This document shows positions 48,552 to 58,624 of a stretch of 64,000 bases of DNA, in pieces (positions within the stretch are counted from its first letter, which is position 1; every line of letters begins with the position of its first letter). The notes under the pieces were generated by a model that saw nothing but the letters and a program-made list of their open reading frames with translations, did not search any database and was not told the origin of the DNA. The stretch covers positions 57,793-121,792 of the forward strand of contig JAZUPD010000018.1 of assembly GCA_045604985.1 (NCBI GenBank), given 5' to 3'. The position numbers were made by a program, and so were the translations under genes. The DNA is from Eubacteriales bacterium. Lineage in GTDB: Bacteria; Bacillota; Clostridia; Oscillospirales; CAG-272.

Positions 48552-49712
48552 ATGATAAAAATTTTCCAAACAGGAGATCTGCATCTTGACAGTCCCTTCA
48601 GCGGGGGCGATATTTTGCGTAGTGAAAACGGTAGGAAGCGTCTTCGTGCGCTTTTCAAGAAAATGATGCAATTTGTCAGAGAAAAAGGATATGATCTTAT
48701 GCTTATCCCCGGAGACCTTTATGATACGGGATTTCTCTGCGAGGAGAGTGCCGAAATGATAAGAGCGGAGCTTTCTTCACTTCCTTGTCCCGTCGTCATC
48801 TCCCCCGGCAATCATGATCCTTATGAAAAGGGAAGCTTTTATGCCGCGGGTTCTCTTCCCGAAAACGTTTATGTTTTCAGTGATGAGAAGCTTGGAAAAT
48901 TTGAATTTGAAGAGCTTGGTGCGGTGGTTTACGGATATGCCTTTACATCTGCAAGTCACAGAGAAAATCCTCTTGAGGGCTTTTTTGCAGATAGCGATAA
49001 GATCAAGATACTTTGTGCTCACAGTGAGGTCGGAGTGCCTCTTTCAAACTATGCCCCCATGTCATATGGAGATATGGAAGCCTCTGGCTTTGATTATGCG
49101 GCACTTGCCCATATACATAAATCTCCCCGAGTATATTGCTCCCCCCGTCTTACCGCCGCATATAGCGGTTTTGCCGAGGGACGCGGATTTGACGAGATAG
49201 GCAAGGGTAGTGCTATCTCGGTTTCTATCTTTGAAACAGGAGAGAAAAAGGAAATAAAATACGAAAGACTTTCATTTTCCGATTATTCCTTTGAAATTCT
49301 CCCTATAAACGTTACCGACCTTCTCGGCGACGATTATATTGCTTCTCTTATTGAAAGAGAGATAGATAATCTCCATTATGGAGAAAATAATTCGCTTAGA
49401 GTTATCCTTGAGGGATTTCTCCCTCTTGATTTTTTGCCAAATCTCTCATATATAAAGAAGAGATGTGCTTCTCTTGTGGATTATTTTGAGATAAAGGATA
49501 ATACTCTGCCACTTGCAGATGCAAAGTCTCTTTCCAAGGACATGACGCTTCGCGGCGAATTATACAGAACGCTTGAAGAGAGACTTAATTCTCCCAATAT
49601 GAGGGAAAGAAGCCTTGCGGCAATGGCACTCAGAATAGGTCTTGCCTCTCTTGACGGCGGAGATCTGACTGTTTTTTTGCCAAAGGATGAGAATGGCGAG
49701 GAGGTTGACTGA
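48552..49712 (+). CDS. Mre11/SbcD-like metallophosphoesterase (YhaO-type DNA repair exonuclease)
   Basis: Start at the ATG at 48552, which follows GGAG. Calcineurin-like motifs: TGDLHLD, PGDLYD, SPGNHD, CAHSEV, ALAHIH. Confidence 0.85.
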   Translation: MIKIFQTGDLHLDSPFSGGDILRSENGRKRLRALFKKMMQFVREKGYDLMLIPGDLYDTGFLCEESAEMIRAELSSLPCPVVISPGNHDPYEKGSFYAAGSLPENVYVFSDEKLGKFEFEELGAVVYGYAFTSASHRENPLEGFFADSDKIKILCAHSEVGVPLSNYAPMSYGDMEASGFDYAALAHIHKSPRVYCSPRLTAAYSGFAEGRGFDEIGKGSAISVSIFETGEKKEIKYERLSFSDYSFEILPINVTDLLGDDYIASLIEREIDNLHYGENNSLRVILEGFLPLDFLPNLSYIKKRCASLVDYFEIKDNTLPLADAKSLSKDMTLRGELYRTLEERLNSPNMRERSLAAMALRIGLASLDGGDLTVFLPKDENGEEVD

Positions 49713-52021
49713 TGCTTATAAAAGAGATAAATATTATCGAGTTCGCCTCAATTAAGGAGCGTTCCTTCAGCTTTCGCGAGGGGCTTAACATAATCGAGGG
49801 AGAGAATGAATCGGGGAAAAGCACCATTCTCTCATTTATAAAATTCATTCTTTACGGAATTTCCAAAGGAAAGGGAAGCGAGGCCGTAGAGGAAAGAGGA
49901 AAAAGCTTTTCGTGGGAGAACGGAATTGCGGCGGGAAGCATGACGGTGGCGGTACGCTTTGGCGAATACCGCATCGAGAGAAGCGCAAGAGAGGGAGTTA
50001 AGGGCGACAAGCTGAATATAATCGACCTCTCGGATGGAAGCACAGTACATAAGGGCGAGGTTCCGGGGGAGCTTTTCTTGGGAGTTCCTCTTGCGCTATT
50101 TGAAAGCACCGCTTGCGTAAAGCAGCTTGGCTGTACGAGCATTGATTCAGGTGAAATCGGCGGAGCTATTCAGAATCTTCTGCTCTCTGCCGATGAAAAT
50201 GTTGATTCTGCGAAGAGCATTGCAAAAATCGACGCTCTTCGCAAGAAACTTATGCTTAAAAAAGGCACGGGCGGCTCCATTCCCGCACTCTCTGCCAAGA
50301 GAGACGAGCTTGCGGCAAAGCTGAGAACTGCAAAGGAACGTGCTTCTCTCATAATGGAGTATGAAGCGTCCTACGAAAAGGCAACAAAAATTTATACCGA
50401 AAGCCGTGAGAAGGTTCGAGAACTCAGCTTCTTAAATGATGCATACGAGGCAAATCAGGCACTTATAAAGCTTGATTTTATAAGGAGCACCAAGACGAGG
50501 ATCGAAAAGATCGAGGGAGAGATAGAGGCACTGAAGGCAAAAAAATGCTTCTGTGGATTTGTGCCGGGAGCAGAGTACCGTCAGGCACTTGCCCTTGCCC
50601 ATAAGGACTACGAAAATGCATTTGCAGACCAAAGCGAATTGCTTTTGGCATTGAATGAGGCGAAAAAGCGTCGTATTCCCGATTCAAAGGGAGACCTTTA
50701 TGCTGAAAAAACACAGGAGATGGGCGGTGCGGCGGTAATTACCGCAGGATACGGTACGGCAAAAAGAAAGGCGAAGAAGAATCGTGCTTTTGCCGTAATT
50801 ATGCTCTGTACTACCATAGCATCGGCACTTGTTTCGACGGCTTATTTTATGAAAAACGTACTTGATTTTATCCCCGCTGCCATTTTGACAAGTGAGGTTG
50901 CAATCGGCGGAGCTGCACTTGCTTTAATAACTCTGATACTCAGCATTATTTTCTTCTTGTGTTACTCAAGAAGAAGAAACGACGCTTTGGCGATAAGTGA
51001 CGAATACGGCTTTGACGGTAATATTTCGGAGCAAGAATTTTATGCTGCCCTTGTGGGGTATATCGAAAAAAACCGTAACAAAAATAAAAGCATCGAGGAT
51101 ATAAGACGTGCCGAAACGGAGTATGAAAAGTCAAGTGAAAGACTTGCAACATGCACACTTGCATTAAACTCCCTTTTGGAAAAGGTGGGAAAAAGCACTG
51201 AGGGCTGTGACATGACCGAGGCGGTAAAGGAAGCTATTGAAGGCGGCGAGGAGATATGCCGTGAGCTTGACGAGCTTTGCCGTGAGCTTGAAAAATACAA
51301 GGTTCTTTATGAGGACAGACTTGAAGATGCCGAGCAGATTGATGAGAAGGCTATGATGGGACTGCTCACACCCGATGCAAAGGAAGCACTAAAGCATATA
51401 AATATAACCGTGCTTCGTCGCGATCTTGAATTTGAAAGATCGAAGCTTGAAAGCAATGAAAGCAGAAAAAACAGGCTTGACCGTGAGCTTGTGGGTATTA
51501 GAGCTGCGGCAGAGAATCCGCTTAGATGCGAGGCACAGCTGAGAAGCATCGAAAAGCAGCTTGATGAGGAGACGTTTCTATATGATGCTCTAAGTCTTGC
51601 AAGCGAGTGCATAAGCGAAGCCTCGGAAAATATGAAAAAGAATGTAACACCAAGACTTCACCGCAGCGCAGGCGAGCTTATGGGGACTCTTACGAGTGGG
51701 AAATACAGTGAGCTTGGCATCACTGCAGATTTTTCTCTTACCGTAAATGCATCCGGCACTACTCGTGGCATAGAGTCGCTGAGTGCGGGTACGAAGGATG
51801 TGGCATATATTTCTCTCAGATTTGCTCTTATCGAGATCCTTTATAAAGATGAGACTCCTCCGCTTCTGCTTGACGAGGTGCTTTCGCAGATAGATGACGG
51901 CAGAGCAAAAAATTTGTTGGAGATGATCAAAAATTATAACGACAAAGGCAATCAAATCCTGCTTTTTACTTGCCATACAAGAGAAGCATCCATGACAGAT
52001 GCCAATCTGATAAAACTTTAA
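49712..52021 (+). CDS. Rad50/SbcC-like AAA ATPase (YhaN-type) with a central transmembrane hairpin
   Basis: Walker A GENESGKST near the N-terminus, long coiled coils, and C-terminal LSAGTKD (signature-like) plus Walker B PLLLDEVLSQID. Residues ~359-417 form two hydrophobic helices. TGATG overlap with the upstream nuclease gene. Confidence 0.85.
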   Translation: MLIKEINIIEFASIKERSFSFREGLNIIEGENESGKSTILSFIKFILYGISKGKGSEAVEERGKSFSWENGIAAGSMTVAVRFGEYRIERSAREGVKGDKLNIIDLSDGSTVHKGEVPGELFLGVPLALFESTACVKQLGCTSIDSGEIGGAIQNLLLSADENVDSAKSIAKIDALRKKLMLKKGTGGSIPALSAKRDELAAKLRTAKERASLIMEYEASYEKATKIYTESREKVRELSFLNDAYEANQALIKLDFIRSTKTRIEKIEGEIEALKAKKCFCGFVPGAEYRQALALAHKDYENAFADQSELLLALNEAKKRRIPDSKGDLYAEKTQEMGGAAVITAGYGTAKRKAKKNRAFAVIMLCTTIASALVSTAYFMKNVLDFIPAAILTSEVAIGGAALALITLILSIIFFLCYSRRRNDALAISDEYGFDGNISEQEFYAALVGYIEKNRNKNKSIEDIRRAETEYEKSSERLATCTLALNSLLEKVGKSTEGCDMTEAVKEAIEGGEEICRELDELCRELEKYKVLYEDRLEDAEQIDEKAMMGLLTPDAKEALKHINITVLRRDLEFERSKLESNESRKNRLDRELVGIRAAAENPLRCEAQLRSIEKQLDEETFLYDALSLASECISEASENMKKNVTPRLHRSAGELMGTLTSGKYSELGITADFSLTVNASGTTRGIESLSAGTKDVAYISLRFALIEILYKDETPPLLLDEVLSQIDDGRAKNLLEMIKNYNDKGNQILLFTCHTREASMTDANLIKL

Positions 52022-52026
52022 TAAAA

Positions 52027-52069
52027 ACGAGGCTGAGTCAAATCGTTTTTGGCTCAGCCCCGTTTTTTA
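52027..52069. terminator. Bidirectional terminator between the sbcC-like gene and pepF
   Basis: ACGAGGCTGAG...CTCAGCCCCGT stem (1 mismatch) flanked by an A-run on the left and TTTTTT on the right. Confidence 0.7.
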
Positions 52070-52091
52070 TTTTGGTAAAGAAGTTTTTACT

Positions 52092-53894
52092 TTATTTCTG
52101 TTTATTGTAAAGCTCCTTGAACATTTTAACCGTTTCTGAAAAATCTGCAATAGCATCCTCGATGACCTCGGATTTTGTCAAATCAATTCCCGCAACCTTA
52201 AGGCTCTCAAGAGGGCTTATTCTGCCGCCGCAGCCAAGGAATTTAAGATAGCTTCCGATATAAGCTTCGCCCTCGGTCTCTATGCGGCGAACGATGGAGG
52301 AAGCCGCAGAGATACAGGTGGCATATTTATAAACATAGAACCAGCGATAGAAATGCGGTATTCTCATCCATTCAAGAGCTATTTCCTTATCAGCAACTAC
52401 ATGATCTCCGAAATATTTTTTGATGAGAGCATAGTATTTCTCGCAAAGCAGCTCCTTTGTAAGAGTTGCGCCGCTCTCGCAAAGCTCATGCATGGTCTTT
52501 TCAAATTCAGCAAACATAGTCTGGCGATAGAGTGTACCCTTGTATGTCTCCATTATTTGATTGAGAATGGAGAGCTTTTCCTCATCGCTGTTGGATTCGC
52601 GCAGTTTTCTGTGGGCAAAGAGCAGCTCGTTTACAGTTGAAGCAACCTCGGCAACGAAAATGGTATACTGTGCCTCCTGATGAGTGTTATCCTTCTTTGA
52701 ATACCATGAGTGCATGGAGTGACCTGCCTCATGAGCAAAGGTGGAAACGTCATCGAGCTTGCCTGTGTAGTTAAGGAGCATATAGGGAGCTGTATCATAG
52801 CAACCGGAGCTGTATGCGCCGCCCCGCTTGCCCTTGCTGGGGTAAACATCTACCCATCTCTGATCTTTGATACCCTTTTCAAGTGTATCATGGTATTCGG
52901 AACCGAAGATCTCGACTGTTTTTAGAACCTCCTCTGTTGCTTCCTCAAAGCTGTATTCCTTAGTGCAGGAGGAGATAAGGGGGGTATAAACATCATACAT
53001 ATGGAGCTTGGAAAGTCCCAGTACCTTGCGCTTAACGTCATAATATTCAAAGAGAGGTTCAAGTCCTGCCGATACGGCGTTGATAAGATTATTATATATG
53101 GCGGGTGTCACCTCGTCATTGAATACAGAAGCGGTAAGGCTGTCGCTGAACATACGAACCTTTGAAACGGTAGTGCGCTCCCGAACGTAAGCGTTGATGA
53201 GTGCGGAAAGGGTATTTCCGTATTTATCATACGTCTCATAAAGCTTCTTGAATGCCGCACGACGGACATTTCTGTCCTCGCTCATAAGGCGGAGAACATA
53301 TGTGGACTCGGTAAGCTCAACCAGCTTTTTCTGCTCGTCTCTGATCTTGCCAAAGGTCATATCCGCATTTGCAAAGATGGTTCTGATATTCGAATGAGAG
53401 CCCATTCCCATCTGAAGATCGGCAAGAAGCTTTTCATTTTCATCCGAAAGGGTGTGTGGGCGGTATCTCTGCTCAAGGACGATGGTTCTTCGGTATTCCT
53501 CAAGTTTCGGAAATTCCTTGAACCATTTTTCGGTGGTCTTTTCATCAATGCGGAGGAGGGAAGGGGAAACGAAGAAGGAGGCCGAGCCTGCTTCACAGGC
53601 AAGATTCTGCATTTTGCCCATAAGCGCAAGATAGAAATTATCCGAGAGATCTAGATCTGAGCAAAGATGGGCATAGGTGAAGAGCTTTTCAATAATTCTT
53701 TCAAGCTCTGTTTTATCGCAGAGCATATTATAAAGCCCCTCTGCACTCTTCGTCATCGTTTCTGCGTGCCGTGGAAATTCCTTTACAAGAGCGGATGCCT
53801 TTTCAAAATCGGCATCAAAAGCTGCCATGTCCGAATAGATCGCCGTAAGATCCCATTTGTATTTTTCGGGAATATCTTTTCTATGGTCTGTCAT
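52092..53894 (-). CDS. pepF: Oligoendopeptidase F (M3B family)
   Basis: 600 aa with the zinc motif FAHEAGHSMH (HExxH) and PepF-type overall length and N-terminus (KYKWDLTAIY). Confidence 0.9.
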   Translation of the reverse strand: MTDHRKDIPEKYKWDLTAIYSDMAAFDADFEKASALVKEFPRHAETMTKSAEGLYNMLCDKTELERIIEKLFTYAHLCSDLDLSDNFYLALMGKMQNLACEAGSASFFVSPSLLRIDEKTTEKWFKEFPKLEEYRRTIVLEQRYRPHTLSDENEKLLADLQMGMGSHSNIRTIFANADMTFGKIRDEQKKLVELTESTYVLRLMSEDRNVRRAAFKKLYETYDKYGNTLSALINAYVRERTTVSKVRMFSDSLTASVFNDEVTPAIYNNLINAVSAGLEPLFEYYDVKRKVLGLSKLHMYDVYTPLISSCTKEYSFEEATEEVLKTVEIFGSEYHDTLEKGIKDQRWVDVYPSKGKRGGAYSSGCYDTAPYMLLNYTGKLDDVSTFAHEAGHSMHSWYSKKDNTHQEAQYTIFVAEVASTVNELLFAHRKLRESNSDEEKLSILNQIMETYKGTLYRQTMFAEFEKTMHELCESGATLTKELLCEKYYALIKKYFGDHVVADKEIALEWMRIPHFYRWFYVYKYATCISAASSIVRRIETEGEAYIGSYLKFLGCGGRISPLESLKVAGIDLTKSEVIEDAIADFSETVKMFKELYNKQK

Positions 53895-54005
53895 TTGTAT
53901 TTACCTACCTTCATTGGTTTTACTATATTATAAATCATATTTTAGCTTTTGTCAATCAAATTTATGACAACTTTATTTCAGATGAGGCTAAAAACGCTTC
54001 TCCTC

Positions 54006-54034
54006 TTGACATTTTTGGGTTTTTGTTATATAAT
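54006..54034 (+). promoter_or_regulatory. Consensus sigma-70 promoter of proS (TTGACA-17-TATAAT)
   Basis: TTGACA at 54006-54011, a 17-nt spacer, and TATAAT at 54029-54034. The leader is short (~45 nt), with no room for a T-box. Confidence 0.6.
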
Positions 54035-54085
54035 AAACTATAAAATTGATTTTTAAATGCTTATATGTAAGGAAAAAGGAGAAAC

Positions 54086-55522
54086 ATGGCAAACGACAAG
54101 AAAATGGTTGAGCAGATAACGGCGATGGACGTCGATTTTGCTCAGTGGTACACAGATATCTGCAAAAAGGCAGACCTTATTGATTATTCAAGTGTAAAGG
54201 GATGTATGATAATCCGTCCCTACGGTTACGCTATTTGGGAAAATATCCAGCGCATCCTTGACACACGCTTCAAGGAGCTGGGTCACGAAAACGTATATAT
54301 GCCTATGTTTATCCCCGAGTCTCTTCTCCAGAAAGAGAAGGATCACGTTGCCGGGTTTGCTCCCGAGGTCGCTTGGGTAACTCACGGCGGAAGTGAAAAG
54401 CTCACAGAGCGTATGTGCGTCCGTCCTACCTCCGAGACTCTTTTCTGTGAGCATTATGCAAATATAATTCGCTCATACAGAGATCTTCCCAAGCTTTATA
54501 ACCAGTGGTGTTCGGTTGTAAGATGGGAAAAGACCACCAGACCCTTCCTTCGTTCAAGAGAGTTCCTCTGGCAGGAGGGACACACGATGCACGCAACCAG
54601 AGACGAAGCAGTTGACGAAACAGTACAGATGCTCAATGTCTATGCTGATTTCCACGAAAACGACCTTGCGATCCCCGTTATCAAGGGTAGAAAAACTCCC
54701 TCGGATAAGTTTGCGGGAGCAGAGGATACTTATGCCATCGAGGCTCTTATGCATGACGGTAAGTCCCTGCAAGCGGCAACCTCTCATTTCTTCGGAGATG
54801 GCTTTGCAAGAGCTTTTGACATCACATATCAGACAAAAGAAAATACGCTTGCATATCCTTTCCAGACCTCTTGGGGTTGTACGACCAGAATGATCGGCGG
54901 TATCATTATGACACACGGCGATGACAACGGTCTCGTTCTTCCCCCTGCAGTTGCACCCGTACAGGTGGTGATCATCCCCGTTGCGGCACATAAGGAGGGC
55001 GTTCTCCAGAAGGCAAACGAGCTTTATGAAGAACTCAAAAAGAATTTCAGAGTTAAGCTTGACGACAGCGATAATTCTCCTGGATGGAAGTACGCAGAAT
55101 ACGAGATGAAGGGCGTTCCGCTTCGCATCGAGATCGGTCCCAGAGATATTGAGAACGGTCAGTGCGTCATAGTAACTCGTCACAATCTTGAAAAGTCTTT
55201 TGTTAGCCTTGAAAATCTCAGCGAAACAGTTGCAGAAAAGCTTGCCGAGGTAAGAGACGGAATGTTCGAGAAGGCTCTGGCAAACAGAGAGAGAAGAACA
55301 TATTCCTGCAAGACCATTGATGAGATAAATGAGGCTCTTAAAAACGGCGACGGATTTGTCAAGGCAATGTGGTGCGGAGACGAGGAGTGTGAGGACGGTG
55401 TTAAGGAAAAGACCGGCATCGGTTCACGCTGCATACCTCTCGAGCAGGAGCAGATAGAGGACGTTTGCGTCTGCTGCGGAAAACCCGCCAAGCATATGGT
55501 AGTCTGGGCAAGAGCTTATTAA
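54086..55522 (+). CDS. proS: Proline--tRNA ligase, archaeal/eukaryote-like type (no INS editing domain, C-terminal Zn domain)
   Basis: 478 aa with [35 protein letters not shown], class II motifs, and the C-terminal CGDEECE...CVCCGKPA. Confidence 0.92.
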   Translation: MANDKKMVEQITAMDVDFAQWYTDICKKADLIDYSSVKGCMIIRPYGYAIWENIQRILDTRFKELGHENVYMPMFIPESLLQKEKDHVAGFAPEVAWVTHGGSEKLTERMCVRPTSETLFCEHYANIIRSYRDLPKLYNQWCSVVRWEKTTRPFLRSREFLWQEGHTMHATRDEAVDETVQMLNVYADFHENDLAIPVIKGRKTPSDKFAGAEDTYAIEALMHDGKSLQAATSHFFGDGFARAFDITYQTKENTLAYPFQTSWGCTTRMIGGIIMTHGDDNGLVLPPAVAPVQVVIIPVAAHKEGVLQKANELYEELKKNFRVKLDDSDNSPGWKYAEYEMKGVPLRIEIGPRDIENGQCVIVTRHNLEKSFVSLENLSETVAEKLAEVRDGMFEKALANRERRTYSCKTIDEINEALKNGDGFVKAMWCGDEECEDGVKEKTGIGSRCIPLEQEQIEDVCVCCGKPAKHMVVWARAY

Positions 55523-55535
55523 GATATTAACTTTT

Positions 55536-55570
55536 TTAGGGCTGTTATCTTGAGACAGCCCTAAATTTTA
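55536..55570 (+). terminator. Rho-independent terminator after proS
   Basis: TTAGGGCTGT-tatcttgag-ACAGCCCTAA followed by ATTTTA. Confidence 0.65.
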
Positions 55571-55591
55571 AAAATCGGAAAGGAGGAGCAT

Positions 55592-56719
55592 ATGGTAAGA
55601 TCATTCAGCATAACGGCAAAAGAGAGAATGCGCATGATAGACCCCGTACTCCTCGTTTGCACTCTTATTCTCACCGCTATGAGCCTTTCGACTTTGGGCG
55701 GCGGGCTTGGTGGTATGATGGATTTTTCAAAATCCGCTTATATTGTTCAGATAGTTTCGGTGATTCTTGGTATTGGCATGATGATCGCCATAACTATGAT
55801 GGATTATGAGGAATTTATCGACAAGTTCGGCGGCGTCTTTTACGTTGGTGCGTTGCTTTTGCTTGGTATAACTCTCATTTTCGGCATTGCTGCAGGCTCA
55901 AACAAAAGTTATCTGCGATTCGGTCCTGTGGGAATACAGGCATCGGAATTTGTAAAGGCAGCATACATAATGACCTTTTCAAAGCATCTTGCATTTGTTA
56001 AGGATAAGATAAATAACGTCAAAAATCTGGCGGGACTTGCTCTCCATGCAGGACTTATCATAGGACTTATCCTCGTTTCGGGAGATCTTGGAGTTGCCCT
56101 TGTTTATATGGCTTTCACTCTTATCATGCTTTTCTGTGCAGGACTCAGCTCGTGGCTTTTTGCAGGCGTCGGGGCGGCTGCGTTAGTGGGTTTTCCTTAT
56201 ATCTGGCCTCATCTTCATGAATATCAACAAAAAAGGATTCTTGTAGGCTTCAATCCCGAGCTTGACCCTCTTGATAAGGGGATGCAACCCCTCATCAGCC
56301 GTCAGGCCATCGCAAACGGCGGAATGTGGGGACAAGGAATAAATGGTGGCTCATATTATGAAAGGCTTTTTGCCTCCCACACCGACTTTATCTTTGCTTC
56401 CTTCTGTGAAAAATTCGGATTTGTGGGCGGTGCTATACTTATTATCACGCTTACCGTTATGGCAGTGCGGATATTGATGATCGCAAGGCAGGCAAGATGT
56501 CTTATGGGAGCATATATCTGCATAGGTGCGGCGGCGATAGTTATAGTTCAGACCCTTGAAAATCTGGGAATGTGCATGGCGTTTCTTCCCGTTGTGGGAA
56601 TAACACTGCCATTTATGAGCTATGGGGGATCTTCAATGCTTTCGATGTATATAATAATCGGACTCGTGCAGAGCGTCAGAGCACACAGGGATAAATACTT
56701 CTTTGAAATGAATGAATAA
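55592..56719 (+). CDS. FtsW/RodA/SpoVE-family peptidoglycan glycosyltransferase
   Basis: 375 aa polytopic SEDS protein (GPVGIQASEFVK, SHTDFIFA, LPFMSYGGSS). Confidence 0.88.
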   Translation: MVRSFSITAKERMRMIDPVLLVCTLILTAMSLSTLGGGLGGMMDFSKSAYIVQIVSVILGIGMMIAITMMDYEEFIDKFGGVFYVGALLLLGITLIFGIAAGSNKSYLRFGPVGIQASEFVKAAYIMTFSKHLAFVKDKINNVKNLAGLALHAGLIIGLILVSGDLGVALVYMAFTLIMLFCAGLSSWLFAGVGAAALVGFPYIWPHLHEYQQKRILVGFNPELDPLDKGMQPLISRQAIANGGMWGQGINGGSYYERLFASHTDFIFASFCEKFGFVGGAILIITLTVMAVRILMIARQARCLMGAYICIGAAAIVIVQTLENLGMCMAFLPVVGITLPFMSYGGSSMLSMYIIIGLVQSVRAHRDKYFFEMNE

Positions 56720-56759
56720 AAAATGACCGCTTCACTTGAAACATGAAGCGGTCATTTTT
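56720..56759. terminator. Bidirectional terminator between ftsW/rodA and the NUDIX gene
   Basis: AAAATGACCGCTTCA-cttgaaaca-TGAAGCGGTCATTTT. Confidence 0.75.
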
Positions 56760-56812
56760 GCTTAGATAATGCTTTTAAAATATGGTTGACTTACATATGA
56801 CATCCTCGGCCA

Positions 56813-57304
56813 TTATAAAAGCTTTTTAAAAACGAGTTCTGCCGTTTTTTTGATATGGTCGGGTATGGGGATATCTTTTTCATTTCGCACTATCTTACCA
56901 TCCGATACCTCTTTTTGACTAACAAAATAGAACTCTTTACTCTCGCCCGAAAGAGGAACTAATGGGGTGGATTCGTCAAAATTTTCGGGGAAAAAGGCAA
57001 TGTAAACGAAATCTAAATTTTGAATGGGATTTTGGATATTTTCGTGGAGTAGAAAAGATGGCGTAGGAAGGAAAAAAACATCTGCCTTTTTTATTTTTTT
57101 GCCATTTTCATCAGCGAGAATGGCACTTATTCCCGATTCTTCGTAAATCTCGCGCAAAACAGCCTCGTGAGGTAGCTCATGTGGCTCAATATGCCCGCCA
57201 AGAGGATAAAGCTGACAGAATTTTTTATGTTTGTGGAGCAGGATTTTTTTACTTTTTTCATTATAGAGATAGGCCGTTGCCGTCATTGTTCTGTTATAAA
57301 CCAT
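56813..57304 (-). CDS. NUDIX hydrolase
   Basis: 163 aa with the Nudix box GGHIEPHELPHEAVLREIYEESG (GX5EX7REUXEEXGU). Confidence 0.85.
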   Translation of the reverse strand: MVYNRTMTATAYLYNEKSKKILLHKHKKFCQLYPLGGHIEPHELPHEAVLREIYEESGISAILADENGKKIKKADVFFLPTPSFLLHENIQNPIQNLDFVYIAFFPENFDESTPLVPLSGESKEFYFVSQKEVSDGKIVRNEKDIPIPDHIKKTAELVFKKLL

Positions 57305-57328
57305 ATTTTCCTCTCCTTCCGTCAGGTA

Positions 57329-57357
57329 ATATTAACATATTTCCTATTTTTTGTCAA
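57329..57357 (-). promoter_or_regulatory. Candidate promoter of the NUDIX gene (TTGACA-17-TAATAT on the minus strand)
   Basis: Minus strand: TTGACA (57357-57352), a 17-nt spacer, and TAATAT (57334-57329). Confidence 0.45.
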
Positions 57358-57598
57358 TAGAGTCAAAGTGAATTTTTTTATATTGAAAATGTGATTCGAT
57401 GGATAAGTACGCCATCGTTATCAGATGTGATGGATAAGTCGTTCCAAATTTTCTTAAAGCGATACTTGAGCTGTTTCCTCTTGACACGTATGTGGAAAAG
57501 CCTGTTAAATTTATGTAGATCGCAAATGCGTTCAATTCTCTTCCTCTATATTTTTTGGGATAAAAATAGTTCAAAGATCATATTTTGACTTTTGTAAT

Positions 57599-57631
57599 GA
57601 GAAAATCCGCCGAAAATCGGCGGATTTTCTC
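57599..57631. terminator. Terminator hairpin downstream of rubrerythrin
   Basis: Perfect palindrome GAGAAAATCCGCCGA-aaa-TCGGCGGATTTTCTC. Confidence 0.7.
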
Positions 57632-57673
57632 AATTTTTAATGTCTTTCGTACTACAACGGATACGGTTTTTTA

Positions 57674-58213
57674 TCAATAGTTTTCAGCCTTGAGCTCAAA
57701 GAAGGACTTAGGATGAGCGCAAACGGGGCAAAGCTCGGGTGCTGCCTTACCAACTACGATATGACCGCAGTTTCTGCACTTCCAAATAGCATCGCCATCC
57801 TTTGAGAATACAAGTCCTCCCTCAACGTTTGAGAGAAGCTTAAGGTATCTCTCCTCGTGTTCCTTCTCGATATCGCCAACTGCCTTGAAGAGATATGCGA
57901 TTCTTTTGAAGCCCTCTTCCTCTGCAACTCTTGCAAATTCAGCATACATATCCGTCCATTCATAGTTCTCTCCTGCAGCAGCATCCTTAAGATTCTCTGA
58001 TGTTGTGGGAATATCGCCGTCGTGGAGAAGCTTGAACCAAAGCTTTGCGTGCTCCTTTTCATTGTGAGCTGTCTCCTCAAAGATAGCTGCGATCTGCTCG
58101 TAGCCTTCCTTTCTTGCCTTGGAAGCATAATATGTGTACTTGTTTCTTGCCTGCGATTCGCCTGCAAATGCAGCCATAAGATTAGCTTCTGTTCTTGATC
58201 CCTTAAGTTCCAT
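57674..58213 (-). CDS. rbr: Rubrerythrin
   Basis: 179 aa. Di-iron four-helix bundle (EExxH pairs: [23 protein letters not shown]) plus a C-terminal rubredoxin-like domain (CRNCGH...CPVCAHP). Confidence 0.92.
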   Translation of the reverse strand: MELKGSRTEANLMAAFAGESQARNKYTYYASKARKEGYEQIAAIFEETAHNEKEHAKLWFKLLHDGDIPTTSENLKDAAAGENYEWTDMYAEFARVAEEEGFKRIAYLFKAVGDIEKEHEERYLKLLSNVEGGLVFSKDGDAIWKCRNCGHIVVGKAAPELCPVCAHPKSFFELKAENY

Positions 58214-58240
58214 AATTCTTAATCCTTTCGAAAATAAAAT

Positions 58241-58609
58241 TTATTTTTGTTTGCCTTTACAGCAATTACAAACGTGTTTCACCATCAGCTCATAGCCGAC
58301 TATTTTTTTTCCGATGCTGTTCTCAATGACATCCCGGAGAGAGCCGATGTCGGTATCAATTATTGAGCCACACTCAGTGCAAACCATATGGTCGTGGAGA
58401 GGGGCAACTCGATCGTACCGATCGGGTGCATTTTCAGAGACAAGTTTGCGTATCTCGCTCTCCTTTGTCAAAAGTCCAAGATTTCTGTAAACCGTTCCGA
58501 GGGCTATTCTCGGCATTATGAGCTTTGCTTCATGGTATATTTCATCGGCACTTGGATGTGATTGCGATCGGTTTATAATATCGAGTATAAGCTTTTTTTG
58601 TTTAGTCAT
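58241..58609 (-). CDS. perR: Fur-family transcriptional repressor (PerR-like, co-operonic with rubrerythrin)
   Basis: The ATG at 58609 follows GAGGT. Contains HPSADEIY, GTVYRNL, HDHMVCTECG and the C-terminal CNCC. Context directly upstream of rbr suggests a peroxide regulon. Confidence 0.8.
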   Translation of the reverse strand: MTKQKKLILDIINRSQSHPSADEIYHEAKLIMPRIALGTVYRNLGLLTKESEIRKLVSENAPDRYDRVAPLHDHMVCTECGSIIDTDIGSLRDVIENSIGKKIVGYELMVKHVCNCCKGKQK

Positions 58610-58624
58610 ATTTGACCTCACTTT

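Noticed and set aside
53895-54085. T-box leader upstream of proS
   Set aside because: The consensus promoter lies only ~50 nt from the ATG. There is no specifier or antiterminator structure and no T-box sequence.
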